Part shown: piece after piece, positions 29,151 through 39,111 of the stretch
How the letters are laid out: each line of letters begins with the position of its first letter
Position numbering within the stretch: position 1 is the first letter of the stretch
NCBI GenBank assembly: GCA_965216755.1
Contig: CBDCGL010000011.1
Span: 4,192,001-4,256,000, forward strand
Direction: 5' to 3'
Origin: Alphaproteobacteria bacterium
GTDB lineage: Bacteria > Pseudomonadota > Alphaproteobacteria > UBA7887
DNA: 64,000 nt
Translations under genes and position numbers: made by a program
The notes under the pieces: model-generated
The model's database searches: none
What the model was told of the DNA's origin: nothing
Seen by the model: only the letters and a program-made list of their open reading frames with translations

Positions 29151-30491
29151 TCAATCGCACGTGGCGCCGGCCATACCGTCCGAAATCCACGCGACACTGT
29201 CTGTGCCGTCGGGCGGGTTCACGCAGGCGGCCGGGTAGCGAATGACATCTACAATGGTTGGTGCGCCGGTTTCAGGATTGCGCATGAACGTGCCATAGGC
29301 CGTGCTTGTGATCGCCTGATGGCCACCGCCGATGGCCATATCGACTGTCGTACCCAAGCCCTCGAAAGTGAGATACTCAAAGGCATCAATAACCGCGTCT
29401 GTGGTCGGCAGGCTGTCGCCGCCTGCGGCCTTTTCATAGGCCGCCTTAAGGCCAAGCAACGCTTGCGCCATCTGATAGGCTGGATAGGTCGGCGGTGTGC
29501 CATATGCCGCATCAAAGCCCTCACGGAACCATTGGTTCAGCGGTGTGTCGTCGGCAAAGACGCCATAGGGGCCGCGGCCGCCGATCACCACACCTTCGGG
29601 CATGCGGTCACCGAGCAAATACATCATCGTCTCGCCCGTGCTCAGCACCAAAGTGGCGGTATCGTGCAACCCGCGAGCGCCGGCTTGGTTGATGAACGCC
29701 TCCAGGTCGCCGCCCCAAAGACTGGTATGGATGGCCTCAGCACCACTGATCAGCAGTGCCGAGATCTCTGCATTGTATTGCCCGGCAAACAGTTTCGGCC
29801 ATTGTTCGGTGGCGACCTCCATGCCGGGATTAAGGGCGTCCATGGTCAGCGCGTAATCGCGCCAGGAATCCTGGCCCCAGGCGTAGTTTTGATTGATACC
29901 GGCATGGCGTTTGATGTCCGGTGCGCGGTCAAGCACATAGCGCGCCGCCGCGATGCCATCCATGGCCGCGTGTGCCGCTGTGCGAAAGACATAGCGATAG
30001 TCGCGCTCTTCGAAGATGCGCGGCGTCCCACAATCGAAAAACACGGTGAGCGTCTTCAGTTCCTCGGCGATGGGCGCGACGCCCAGGCAGCTGCCACTGG
30101 AGATATAGCCGACCACGGCATCGACACCGCGCCGCTGGACGAGGTTGCGAAACTCGGTCACCTGTTTGGTCGTCCCGCCGGCTTCGTCAATCAGGATCAT
30201 CTCAAGGTTGGCCCCCTTGATCCCCGGCGTGTCATACGGCGCCGGCACGGTGCCCACATTGAGTGCCTCGACGATCATGCTAGCGGCATTCGCCGCCGGC
30301 ACACCAAACGGGCCTGCCGCAGGGCCTGAAAGAAAGGTAACGACCCCGATTTTCAGGGTTTCGGCGCGTACGGCAGGCGCAAGCGCGGACACCAGGGTCA
30401 GAAGCGCCAATACCAACGCAGCATGTGTGAATTTGCCGATGCGTGGGAAGACCACGCTGGGCTTTCTATGTGGGGAATTCAACGCTTTCAT
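29151..30491 (-). CDS. ABC substrate-binding protein, LivJ-like family (no permease in window)
   Basis: LKIGVVTFLSGPAAGPFG, GYISSG, YVFRT, NYAWGQD. Confidence 0.88.
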   Translation of the reverse strand: MKALNSPHRKPSVVFPRIGKFTHAALVLALLTLVSALAPAVRAETLKIGVVTFLSGPAAGPFGVPAANAASMIVEALNVGTVPAPYDTPGIKGANLEMILIDEAGGTTKQVTEFRNLVQRRGVDAVVGYISSGSCLGVAPIAEELKTLTVFFDCGTPRIFEERDYRYVFRTAAHAAMDGIAAARYVLDRAPDIKRHAGINQNYAWGQDSWRDYALTMDALNPGMEVATEQWPKLFAGQYNAEISALLISGAEAIHTSLWGGDLEAFINQAGARGLHDTATLVLSTGETMMYLLGDRMPEGVVIGGRGPYGVFADDTPLNQWFREGFDAAYGTPPTYPAYQMAQALLGLKAAYEKAAGGDSLPTTDAVIDAFEYLTFEGLGTTVDMAIGGGHQAITSTAYGTFMRNPETGAPTIVDVIRYPAACVNPPDGTDSVAWISDGMAGATCD

Positions 30492-30498
30492 CCCGCCC

Positions 30499-31089
30499 TC
30501 AACTTTCTGGCGGCGGGTCTTTTGGCGCCAGAATCGGATCGGGCCGATCGAAAAACGTGTATTTGGACTGTGGTGCATGTTCACCCGGCTTTCTCGGCCG
30601 TCGCTCGCTAACTCCGATTTGTCGCGCGCCCTCGACGACCCGGACCTTGGCTTCCTCTACCTCGCGATGAGTCTCGCGGGAATAAGGCAGCCGGTATGCG
30701 CGCGGTTCTTGATCGGGCTGCAACCGCGTGTCGACGGCACCGGGCGTGTAGACGTCGCTTTCCTCGACCGGCCCACCCGGCAATTCCATAACCCACAGAA
30801 TGATCGCGCCCGAGGTCTGCGCGGCTTCGTTCGGTTCGTTGATGACGGCATAAACCAACTCAAAACGATCAGGCAGGCCGGCGTTGGTCGGCCAGCCGCT
30901 GATCTGGCGGATAGATGCAAACTCGACGAAAAAAAAGCCGATCGTGAGCACGATCGCGGCCGCTTTGATCCACCAGCGGAGCCGCGCCCAAATCAAGATC
31001 GCAAGCAGAATGACCGCCAATAAGACGTAGGCGGCGACCAGTTCCAGCTCGCCCAGGGCATATGGCTGTAGGCGGTCGAAAAAACTCAC
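30499..31089 (-). CDS. Hypothetical membrane protein (2 TM + GWP motif + soluble domain)
   Basis: Two hydrophobic helices, SGWPT, VINEP, EPRAYRLPY, LAPKDP; tightly coupled to upstream gene. Confidence 0.75.
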   Translation of the reverse strand: MSFFDRLQPYALGELELVAAYVLLAVILLAILIWARLRWWIKAAAIVLTIGFFFVEFASIRQISGWPTNAGLPDRFELVYAVINEPNEAAQTSGAIILWVMELPGGPVEESDVYTPGAVDTRLQPDQEPRAYRLPYSRETHREVEEAKVRVVEGARQIGVSERRPRKPGEHAPQSKYTFFDRPDPILAPKDPPPES

Positions 31090-31091
31090 GG

Positions 31092-31718
31092 CTACGTATT
31101 CCCGTAAAGATCTTTGGGCAGGGTGTTGATGTTGGTCAGGTCGCCGGTCGGCGTCAGGGTGAAACGGACGGCCGTGATCTCGTCACCCTGACCGCGGAGC
31201 TCCACTGTTTCGTAAAAGACCACTTTGACGATCGGGTTGACTTTTTCCACTTTGACCGTGACGGGAATCGGCGGATTGCGGACACTGCTGTTCTCCAGGT
31301 CCCCGGGGTCGTAGGCATACATGTGTACGTTGACGACAAATTCACCCGGAACGATGCCGCGGATTGTCGCAACCTCTTGATTGAGCGGATTGAGCACTGT
31401 GGCGCCGTTGACGGTAATCACATCACGCGTGGTGCCCGTATCATCACGATCCAAATGCATCAGCCCGGCTTCTTTCGCGGCGTACCAAATCAAATTGCCG
31501 CCGGGATCCTGTATCCAGGTGTCAACATCCGACGGATTGCCGTCCGGCCAGGTCACGGTGATCAGAACCTCGGCCTTGGTTTCAATCGTCCCGGTCTTGG
31601 CAATCGGGTTCATGAAGATCAGAGCAACAGCAAACATAAACACGAAGCCGATGAGCGCATTGAATAGCAGATCGGTGAACGCGTCCGCGTTTTCGCGCCG
31701 GTGCTCTCTACGCCGCAT
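31092..31718 (-). CDS. ExbD/MotB-like TM helix fused to a YfaP/DUF2135-like periplasmic domain
   Basis: AFTDLLFNALIGFVFMF (membrane Asp); ITVTW...DVDTWIQDP...LDRDDTG...NQE...PGEFVVNVHMY. Confidence 0.7.
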   Translation of the reverse strand: MRRREHRRENADAFTDLLFNALIGFVFMFAVALIFMNPIAKTGTIETKAEVLITVTWPDGNPSDVDTWIQDPGGNLIWYAAKEAGLMHLDRDDTGTTRDVITVNGATVLNPLNQEVATIRGIVPGEFVVNVHMYAYDPGDLENSSVRNPPIPVTVKVEKVNPIVKVVFYETVELRGQGDEITAVRFTLTPTGDLTNINTLPKDLYGNT

Positions 31719-32499
31719 GGCGTGTCTCGGTCGAATCTGTCTGCTCGAGCGCCGGTACCACATAGACCTCGGTGATCTCGGTGGTCATAGAGATCACCTC
31801 ATCCGTGCTGCCTTCAAGAAAAAAGTACTGTAATTTCAATAGCATTCCGCCGATCAGACCGCACAAGGTCGTGTACAGCGCGACGGCCATGCCCGACGAC
31901 ATGGACGACAACACTTGGCGCATCGACGCCACGTCAATGGCCTCGACCGCGGCCAGCGGGCCGAGCATCAAGATGAACCCTACCACTGTGCCGAGCAGGC
32001 CCAAACGCAGCATCATGTCGGATATGAAAAAACCAATTTCCTGAGGGCCTTTAAGTCGGTCCTCAAATGCCTTCAACAGCAAAGTCTGGTCGAGCTTGCC
32101 GACCCCGATGCCGGCTTTCACGATCAAATCTCGAACATGTTCAGTGAACGCGCAGGCGCGCAAATCGGTTTTGTCCCCGACCGTGACGCGATCGCCCGCA
32201 ACGCTGTAGGCCGGTGCGTTTTTGGCGATTTGATCGGCGCCCAAACCGGTCAAATTGAGCTGTCGCGAAATAAACAGAATTTGGACCATGCAATGGATCG
32301 ACGTGATCACATACAGCAAGGTAATGGCAATGGAGATGTAGCTCTTGTCGCTTTCAAAGACCTTGCCGACCAAGCCGTAGGTCCACGCGATCACGAACGC
32401 GAACAGGGCGACGCCGGTCAAGATCATCCATTTGAGAAGCAGTTGATGGTGCTTTTCAATACCAAACAAGCGCCACAGGCTGAACGGCTGTACTGCCAC
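31708..32499 (-). CDS. MotA/TolQ/ExbB proton-channel family protein
   Basis: LGLLGTVVGFI and GMAVALYTTLCGL; GTG start with GGAG RBS. Confidence 0.9.
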   Translation of the reverse strand: MAVQPFSLWRLFGIEKHHQLLLKWMILTGVALFAFVIAWTYGLVGKVFESDKSYISIAITLLYVITSIHCMVQILFISRQLNLTGLGADQIAKNAPAYSVAGDRVTVGDKTDLRACAFTEHVRDLIVKAGIGVGKLDQTLLLKAFEDRLKGPQEIGFFISDMMLRLGLLGTVVGFILMLGPLAAVEAIDVASMRQVLSSMSSGMAVALYTTLCGLIGGMLLKLQYFFLEGSTDEVISMTTEITEVYVVPALEQTDSTETRHAA

Positions 32500-32673
32500 G
32501 ATCTCACTCCAACGCCGTGACCGCTTAATCGGCCAGTGGCTTCCAGACAAAGCAATGCAGACTGCGCGTGGCCCAAACCGTTCGCAAACGACCTGGGCGG
32601 CGCGCAGCGCCAGAGGCTATTACAGCTGCGCGTGGGCATCAAGCCGACCCTGAGGCCAGGCCGGCATGTGACG

Positions 32674-33132
32674 TCAATCCATATTCGGAGCGTTGAAATC
32701 CCAGCAGCGCGATCCTTGACGTTGGCCAGCGGCCAGCGAGCCGGTTGTGCCGGTCTGGAAATCGCGGACGAGTTTTAGCGCTTCGTAGTGGCAATGGCGG
32801 GGGATGTGATCGCGCTGCAGCTTCTGATGATGCTGTTTCGCAGCGCGTATTCCCGCTTGGTCAGCCAACATCAGCCAGACATACGCCGATATCACGTCTT
32901 TTTGTACGCCGGTGCCGTTGGCCAGCATCAAACCAAGTTGGTATTGCGCCTTGGCATCACCGGCCAAAGCGGCTTCGCGCCAATGCTGGTGCGCGGCCGG
33001 GTAATCCCGTGCATCATAGGCTTCCTGGCCGGCGTCGAAATCAGCCATGGCCGCGGTGGGCAGCGCCAGACCGGCGCACAATGCCGCCACAATGCGGTAT
33101 CTCCGTAGGGTGTGCAGAGGCTTGCTCACCAT
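32674..33132 (-). CDS. Sel1-repeat periplasmic protein
   Basis: Signal peptide, GDAKAQYQLGLMLANGTGVQKD. Confidence 0.85.
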   Translation of the reverse strand: MVSKPLHTLRRYRIVAALCAGLALPTAAMADFDAGQEAYDARDYPAAHQHWREAALAGDAKAQYQLGLMLANGTGVQKDVISAYVWLMLADQAGIRAAKQHHQKLQRDHIPRHCHYEALKLVRDFQTGTTGSLAAGQRQGSRCWDFNAPNMD

Positions 33133-33219
33133 TGCTTCGCCTGTCCGTTGTCTGATCCCATGCCTGACGTGCCCATTGTGTTTGGCAATTTCAAGTCGCT
33201 TGCCCGCCAACAGGCTTGG

Positions 33220-34203
33220 TCAATAGGCCGGCGTCGCGGAATCCAAATCCTCGGCCTCATACTGGCGAAACAGCGTAAACATGGACCGTTGGAACTCAAT
33301 CTGCACGGTTTCCAGTTGCTTGTATTGGTCCAAGTTCGCCTCGCCGATGCTCTCGGCCAGCGTGTCGCCGCGCCGCGCCGCGGCCTGCGCATAGTCGCGC
33401 AGGAATCCCAGATAGTCGCGCAGATCGGCGAGCTCATCGGGATCGTTCACCATCGGGCCATGACCGGGAACCAGGCGTCGCCACCGCATGGTGGCAATCC
33501 TGTCCAGATGCTGTAGCCACACATCGATATTGGCATGCGGCACGGATGGCGCGCGATTGCGAAACACCAGGTCGCTGGCAAAAAGGGTTTCCGTGGCCTG
33601 GTCGAAGACGACCAAATCGCCAGGTGTATGACCGAATTCGAACGGCGTCACGCGGACGATGCGGTTGCCCAAGTTAAACGTCTTTTCCCGCCACGTGGTC
33701 TGGGTTGGGCGCACAATCTTCAGGCGCGAGGTCCACTGATTGCCGATCACCACGGTCATGAAGTTCAGCACCGCTTCGCCATCGCGGGCCAACAACGGCG
33801 CGGCATTGCGATGCATCAACACCGGCGTATTGATCTTCTTGAACGCGGCCATGCCATAGGAATGATCGAAGTGGTGGTGCGTCACCACGGCCTGACGGAT
33901 GGGTTTGTCGGTGATCGATCGGATCACCCGGATGAGCTCCTCGGCGTAATACTGGGTGGGTCCGGTATCGACCACCAGCACCGCGTCGTCGCCGACGATG
34001 AAAGCAATATTGACGACGTTGCCGCCGTTGCGCGGGGTCAGTTGTTCTTGCAAGCCCCACAAAACGTAAACGCCTGGGGCGACTTCATCCGGCGATAGAC
34101 CGTAGGTTGAACCGCGCGCCCAGGCTGCGCCCATAAAGGCGGTGTAAATGAACAGCCCAACGACAAGCAATTGTGCCACGGCAAAACGTAGCGGTTGTTT
34201 CAT
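33220..34203 (-). CDS. SoxH-like MBL-fold zinc metallohydrolase (quinoprotein relay system type)
   Basis: NGGNVVN, VVDTG, THHHFDH, GHTPGD, LFASDL, VPGHG; exported. Confidence 0.85.
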   Translation of the reverse strand: MKQPLRFAVAQLLVVGLFIYTAFMGAAWARGSTYGLSPDEVAPGVYVLWGLQEQLTPRNGGNVVNIAFIVGDDAVLVVDTGPTQYYAEELIRVIRSITDKPIRQAVVTHHHFDHSYGMAAFKKINTPVLMHRNAAPLLARDGEAVLNFMTVVIGNQWTSRLKIVRPTQTTWREKTFNLGNRIVRVTPFEFGHTPGDLVVFDQATETLFASDLVFRNRAPSVPHANIDVWLQHLDRIATMRWRRLVPGHGPMVNDPDELADLRDYLGFLRDYAQAAARRGDTLAESIGEANLDQYKQLETVQIEFQRSMFTLFRQYEAEDLDSATPAY

Positions 34204-34247
34204 ACCACCGCGCTTTCTTTCTTGGTCAGACGCACCCGATGGTCAAT

Positions 34248-35039
34248 TTACCACTCGAACGCTGGCGACTCGAACTCCAGGCCTTTGTTGTCGCGTGCGC
34301 GCACTTGGACGTTCTGCTTTAGCTCCGGCATGTCGACCGTGATGATCGGGTCAGAGGCCATGGCCGCCCGCGTTACAACTTCCATCACGACACCGTCGCT
34401 ATCCGTGACTTCGACCTTTTCGACGTAATACGCTTCTATCAGGTCACCATCGTCGCCGACGGCAAATCCGGTATCCATCGGGTGCACAATACGAAATTTC
34501 AGCCGCTCTTGCCCGTCGCGGTCATATTTGCGCACCGCAATGTCACCGAGCATCCGGTTGCCTTCGGAGTCGACGGTCCAATCGCCGGGTACCGAACAGC
34601 CGCCCGGGGTCAACACGTTCACCCACTGAGAGCCGATATGCCACACGCCGTCATCGGTTTTTACGCCGGCACGAACGGCGGTCGACATTTCCAGGCGAAT
34701 CTTAAGGCCGAGCGATTCGATCGACCGATGTGGCATCAGTCGGGCGATATGCTGGATCGGGTTATTTTCCGCCACAACCATGATTTCGGTGACGGTGCCA
34801 AGCTCAGGCGACAAATAAATGGCCAGCGGTACATCCGCGCTGTCTTCGACGTCTTGCGGCAAAATCACCTCAACGCCATCGTCGAAAATGACATCGCCAT
34901 CCGCGTAAAACGTCTCGCGCACGTCCGGCCAAACCGGTGTGTCCAGCGGGTCAACCAAGAAATTTTGCGCATTGGCCACGCTGCCAAATGTTGCCGGCAC
35001 CAAGATACCGCACATCAACCATCGTAAATGTCTGCGCAT
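34248..35039 (-). CDS. Quinoprotein dehydrogenase-associated SoxYZ-like fused carrier
   Basis: VEDSADVP, ENNP, carrier motif GGCS followed by SoxZ-like IVHPMDTGF and MASDP. Confidence 0.85.
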   Translation of the reverse strand: MRRHLRWLMCGILVPATFGSVANAQNFLVDPLDTPVWPDVRETFYADGDVIFDDGVEVILPQDVEDSADVPLAIYLSPELGTVTEIMVVAENNPIQHIARLMPHRSIESLGLKIRLEMSTAVRAGVKTDDGVWHIGSQWVNVLTPGGCSVPGDWTVDSEGNRMLGDIAVRKYDRDGQERLKFRIVHPMDTGFAVGDDGDLIEAYYVEKVEVTDSDGVVMEVVTRAAMASDPIITVDMPELKQNVQVRARDNKGLEFESPAFEW

Positions 35040-35258
35040 AAGTGTCACCCTCAATACAGGTCTGCCGCGGCAATGACCGCGTGGGCGCTATTCCGCAACG
35101 CTGATCACCGTGACGCCGATCGATTAGCCGAGCCAATCGTAAGGATATACAGATCCGCCGCAGCTGGGTCAAATTGCAGACCCGGAAAAACCAAGGATTC
35201 GTCTAGGATTTTAGGACCGGTACCGTACCATGATCGCAGGGATGCGGGTACGTGAAAT

Positions 35259-35303
35259 CGCATGTTCGGCGGTGGATCCGAAAGCCCACCCGCCGAGCAT
35301 GCG
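35259..35303. terminator. Stem-loop downstream of the LolA-like gene
   Basis: CGCATGTTCGGCGG...CCGCCGAGCATGCG inverted repeat; no clear U-tract. Confidence 0.45.
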
Positions 35304-35315
35304 GGATATCCCTCG

Positions 35316-36152
35316 TCAGCGGGCGCGCTTCAGGGCTGCCGTCGACAAGTCATTTTCCGAGATGCCGGTACGGAACTCATAGCCGTCATAGGCGAGTTCG
35401 GTGCGCTTGCCGGTTTGATGATTGATCATTTCCATTCGGTTTGGGCGCCAATACTGATCGAGATACTGCACGTAATCTTCGAAGGTCAGTGTTTTCAGCA
35501 GATCGTCCTTGCGGTCATAGAAATCGACTTTGATGATTCGATACTCTGCTTGATCGATCCAGGCGACCCGCCGGGTATACCCTGAATGTTCGTAAAGCGG
35601 ATATTGTTCGACCACGAAGCAGTTGAAGTCGCCACAAGGTTCGTCGCGCAACCATTTATACGTGTATTTGCCAACCTCTTGAGATGACAGATCTTCATAG
35701 GCGAACTCGCTGCCGACAAACGGCCCAGATTTGTTGGCGGATGATATTCTTTTGACGCGCTTTAGGGCCGGCAAATAGAGCCATTGGTCGTCAGGGTCGG
35801 TTATATGGGTGAAGCTCAGGAAGGCCGTACCTTTGACATCCGCCGGACGATCAAACACGGTCAGGCTCTTGTCACCTTGGGCGCGGTCCGGCACTTCCAG
35901 AGTCTTGATGCGCAGTTCGCGGGTGCTGGTTTCCCCTTGACGGTTGTGCAAGACCATTCGCAGCGTCACTTCGGAATCGCCAAAACCGGCGTCGCGCAAG
36001 TCGGCTTCCTCCGCAATTGCCAGCCCTTTTTCCTCCGGCGTTTGTGCGCTGGCAATATGTGCCCCGCCCAACGCCAGGGCCACGGCGCCAATGGCGACGC
36101 GCGCTTGCCTAAACAGGCGCTGTGACGGAATCGGGTTTTTCTTGAGGTACAT
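35316..36152 (-). CDS. Outer-membrane lipoprotein-sorting (LolA-like) protein
   Basis: PADVKGTAFL, DDQWLYLPALKRVKRISS, FVGSEFAYED. Confidence 0.9.
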   Translation of the reverse strand: MYLKKNPIPSQRLFRQARVAIGAVALALGGAHIASAQTPEEKGLAIAEEADLRDAGFGDSEVTLRMVLHNRQGETSTRELRIKTLEVPDRAQGDKSLTVFDRPADVKGTAFLSFTHITDPDDQWLYLPALKRVKRISSANKSGPFVGSEFAYEDLSSQEVGKYTYKWLRDEPCGDFNCFVVEQYPLYEHSGYTRRVAWIDQAEYRIIKVDFYDRKDDLLKTLTFEDYVQYLDQYWRPNRMEMINHQTGKRTELAYDGYEFRTGISENDLSTAALKRAR

Positions 36153-38466
36153 GCTGTTCTCTCTCCATGGTGATCAAAACAGGCGGTAGGAAAAGGAAAT
36201 CGGCCAACAGCGCGAAGCCGATGGTGATCGCGGTCAGCAAGCCCATCCAGGCGTTGAGCATGAAGGTGGATTGCGACAACACCAAGAACCCGGCTATTAG
36301 CACGACCGACGTCACCCACAAGGCCGTCCCCACCGTGTGGAAGGCGTAGCGGACCGAGTCCGACGGGCTGGCGTCGCGTTCGCGACGTGCGCGCAAATAC
36401 TTGCTCAAGAAGTGAATGGTGAAGTCGACAACAATGCCCAGGCTCATCGCCGTCACAATCGAAATGGCAACATTGGCTTCGCCGACGATCAAGCCCCACA
36501 AACCGAACGCCATCAACGCCGGCACTAGATTGGGGAATAGGCTGATCACGCCAAATTTGACCGATCGCAACGCCAGGATGAGCGACAGCGAAATAAGAAT
36601 AAGCGCCGCGGTGGTCCCGAACAGCATGCTCTCGATGTTTCGTTTCGAGATGTAGGCGAACATGACGAAGGAGCCGGTTGCCGAACTGCGCATATGTTCG
36701 GGCGCATTGGCAGCCAGCCACGCATCCGCGCGCCCCGTTAACGCGCGCACTTCGCGCGTGCTGATGGCGTCCGTGGTGATCACCAACCTAGCCGCCGACT
36801 TATCGACATTGACCTGGTTGTTCAAGTCCAGCCCATAGGGCAGGGACATCTCATAGAGCAATAAATATTGCGCGGCCAATTGACGATCATCGGGCAAGCG
36901 ATACCAATCTTGATCGTCGCCATGCATGCTCTTGTTCAGACGCTTCATGATATCGGTCAAGCTGTTGACGTGCACGACACCCGGTTGCTCTCGATACCAA
37001 TTGGCGAACGCCTCCAGCACCGCGAGATATTCCGGATCCGCGACGCCGCCGCTGTCTTTGGCCGCCAGCGAGTATTCCACCGCATAGATCCCCGACAGCT
37101 TCTCAGCTGCAAAATCGGTATCCGCGCGAAATTCGATGGCCGGATCGAAATACTGAACAAACCGGTCGTTGAGATCGATACGCGGGATAAACGCCGCAAG
37201 GCCAATAATCAAAAGTCCGATGACGACGATTAACGGCGTCCGACGGGCGACGACAAATTCCGCTAAGCGATCCATGGCTGTCGTTTGCGCGCCTTTGCGC
37301 ACCCGCACCCGCATTGGCATGATGTCCAGGAACACAGGCAGAAAGAAGACCGAATAAACGTAGGCCGCTACGACCCCCATTGCCGTGATATTGCCCAGAT
37401 GCGCGAATGGTGGGGCGTCGCTGGCGTTCATGCTCAGAAAGCCGATCACGGTGGTCAAGCTTGTCAGGAACACCGGCTGCATATTGAGGCGCAGCGATTC
37501 AACAATCGCATCGCGTTTGGTCGCGCCGCCACGCATTTCCGCCAGCATGGTCACCAAAATGTGCACACTGTCGGCAATCGCCAGCGTCATGATGATGATC
37601 GGCGCGCTGGCACTGGGCGCCGTGAGCGGGATGTTGAGCCACCCGGCCAGCCCCATCGCCGAGCCGGCGGAAAAGATGATGATCAACACCGTGCCGAGCG
37701 TGCCGGCCGTCGAGCGGAACAACAGCGCGATCGCCAGCACGATAATGCCAAACATAATCGGGATCAGGGTTGCTGAATCGCGTTGGCTCGACTCCGGGAA
37801 GGCATTGTTGAGCATGACGATCCCGGTCAAGTAAATCCGGACTTCGGGATATTGTGCTTCAATCTTGGCGGCAAGCTCGCGGGCGAAATGGGCGGCCTTG
37901 GGCACCTCGGCGATTTCTTTGCCGGGCAATTGCAGGGTGACGTTGACCGCCGTCACGTCGGTTGTCTCGCGAATGAGGCGATCGCGCAGCAAAGGTTCGG
38001 CCAATGCGATGTCGCGTGCAGCCGCGATTTCGTCCGGCGTCCGCGCCCCCGCGTTTTGAACAAGATCGGCGACCACCAAGTCGTCGCCGTCAGCGGCGGT
38101 GTGTTGGTAGTTGGTGAGCGAATCAACCCGGATCGAGTATGGGACTTGCCATGCCTCTTCGGTCAGCGTTTCCACTGCCGCCAAAGTTTGCGGCGTGAAG
38201 ACGTCTTCGTCGCGCGGTGCAATCACGAAAAGAATGTTGTCATTCTTGGTGTAGCGTGCCTGCAAGGCCTCGAAGGCCTGCAATTGTGGGTTTTCGTCGC
38301 TGAAGAAAACCCGGTAATTGTTGACGAAAATCAGCCGCTGCGCGCCCATGAATGTGGCGACAACCATTACCAAAGTTAGCGCTAAGACGATCCATCGCCA
38401 TCGCAAAATGGTTTGGGCGTAAGAAACGGTCAGTCGGTCGGCGCGCGATAGTTCGCTTTTAGCCAT
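36109..38466 (-). CDS. MMPL/RND-family transporter
   Basis: Two TM repeats with LAIADSVHI and LGIVVDFTIHF; large periplasmic loops. Confidence 0.92.
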   Translation of the reverse strand: MAKSELSRADRLTVSYAQTILRWRWIVLALTLVMVVATFMGAQRLIFVNNYRVFFSDENPQLQAFEALQARYTKNDNILFVIAPRDEDVFTPQTLAAVETLTEEAWQVPYSIRVDSLTNYQHTAADGDDLVVADLVQNAGARTPDEIAAARDIALAEPLLRDRLIRETTDVTAVNVTLQLPGKEIAEVPKAAHFARELAAKIEAQYPEVRIYLTGIVMLNNAFPESSQRDSATLIPIMFGIIVLAIALLFRSTAGTLGTVLIIIFSAGSAMGLAGWLNIPLTAPSASAPIIIMTLAIADSVHILVTMLAEMRGGATKRDAIVESLRLNMQPVFLTSLTTVIGFLSMNASDAPPFAHLGNITAMGVVAAYVYSVFFLPVFLDIMPMRVRVRKGAQTTAMDRLAEFVVARRTPLIVVIGLLIIGLAAFIPRIDLNDRFVQYFDPAIEFRADTDFAAEKLSGIYAVEYSLAAKDSGGVADPEYLAVLEAFANWYREQPGVVHVNSLTDIMKRLNKSMHGDDQDWYRLPDDRQLAAQYLLLYEMSLPYGLDLNNQVNVDKSAARLVITTDAISTREVRALTGRADAWLAANAPEHMRSSATGSFVMFAYISKRNIESMLFGTTAALILISLSLILALRSVKFGVISLFPNLVPALMAFGLWGLIVGEANVAISIVTAMSLGIVVDFTIHFLSKYLRARRERDASPSDSVRYAFHTVGTALWVTSVVLIAGFLVLSQSTFMLNAWMGLLTAITIGFALLADFLFLPPVLITMEREQHVPQEKPDSVTAPV

Positions 38467-38468
38467 GG

Positions 38469-39074
38469 CTATCTCGCTTTCAAGCTTCCCAAATAGTGGA
38501 TCAAACCGGCGACGCAAGCCTCGATAACGTCTGGCCGCCGTGACGCCTTGATGGCGCCGATGCTGCCCTCCACAGCGGCAATGAAAAAGGTAGCGGTTTG
38601 TGTCGGATCGATGTCTGGGCGCACCTCTCCGGCGTTCTGGCCTTCCGCGATGGCTTCGGCTAGGCGTCTCTGCCAGATCGTGAATACATCACAAAGATGC
38701 GCCCGAAACTCGTCGTCAATCGGCGACATCTCTTGGGCCAAATTGTTCAACGGACAGCCGAGCGCCACGGTTTCCGGTGTTGCTTCTGCCGCAGCCGCCT
38801 TGACCCGTGCGATGAGGGAATCGATGACACCGCCACCGGTCGACGGCGCCTCCAGCCAGTCGGCGAGCACGCGGTCGGCGATCACCTCGTCTATGACCGC
38901 CAATCCGAGATGTCGCTTGGTCGGAAAATGATGATAAAGGGCTCCCTTTGTCACCCCCGTCCGCGCCAAGATCTCGGTCATGCTCGCGGCCTGAAATCCC
39001 TTTCGATGGATCTCGTGGAACGCCGCATCCAACAGGGCTTGTCGGGTGGCTTGTGGATTGTAGGCAGCGGGCAT
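38469..39074 (-). CDS. TetR/AcrR regulator
   Basis: HTH GVTKGALYHHFPTK, GCPLNNLAQE. Confidence 0.92.
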   Translation of the reverse strand: MPAAYNPQATRQALLDAAFHEIHRKGFQAASMTEILARTGVTKGALYHHFPTKRHLGLAVIDEVIADRVLADWLEAPSTGGGVIDSLIARVKAAAAEATPETVALGCPLNNLAQEMSPIDDEFRAHLCDVFTIWQRRLAEAIAEGQNAGEVRPDIDPTQTATFFIAAVEGSIGAIKASRRPDVIEACVAGLIHYLGSLKAR

Positions 39075-39093
39075 GGAACCAAAGCGTATACAT

Positions 39094-39111
39094 TCATACC
39101 TGTCGGTATGA
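39094..39111. promoter_or_regulatory. Probable TetR operator
   Basis: Palindrome TCATACC-tgtc-GGTATGA about 20 nt upstream of the TetR start. Confidence 0.65.

Noticed and set aside
30499-32499. Zorya defence system or flagellar stator
   Set aside because: No long ZorA tail, no OmpA-like domain in the partner, no zorCDE or flagellar genes nearby.
33220-35039. Thiosulfate-oxidising Sox pathway
   Set aside because: No soxAXBCD in the window; fused SoxYZ with internal GGCS fits the quinoprotein-associated type.
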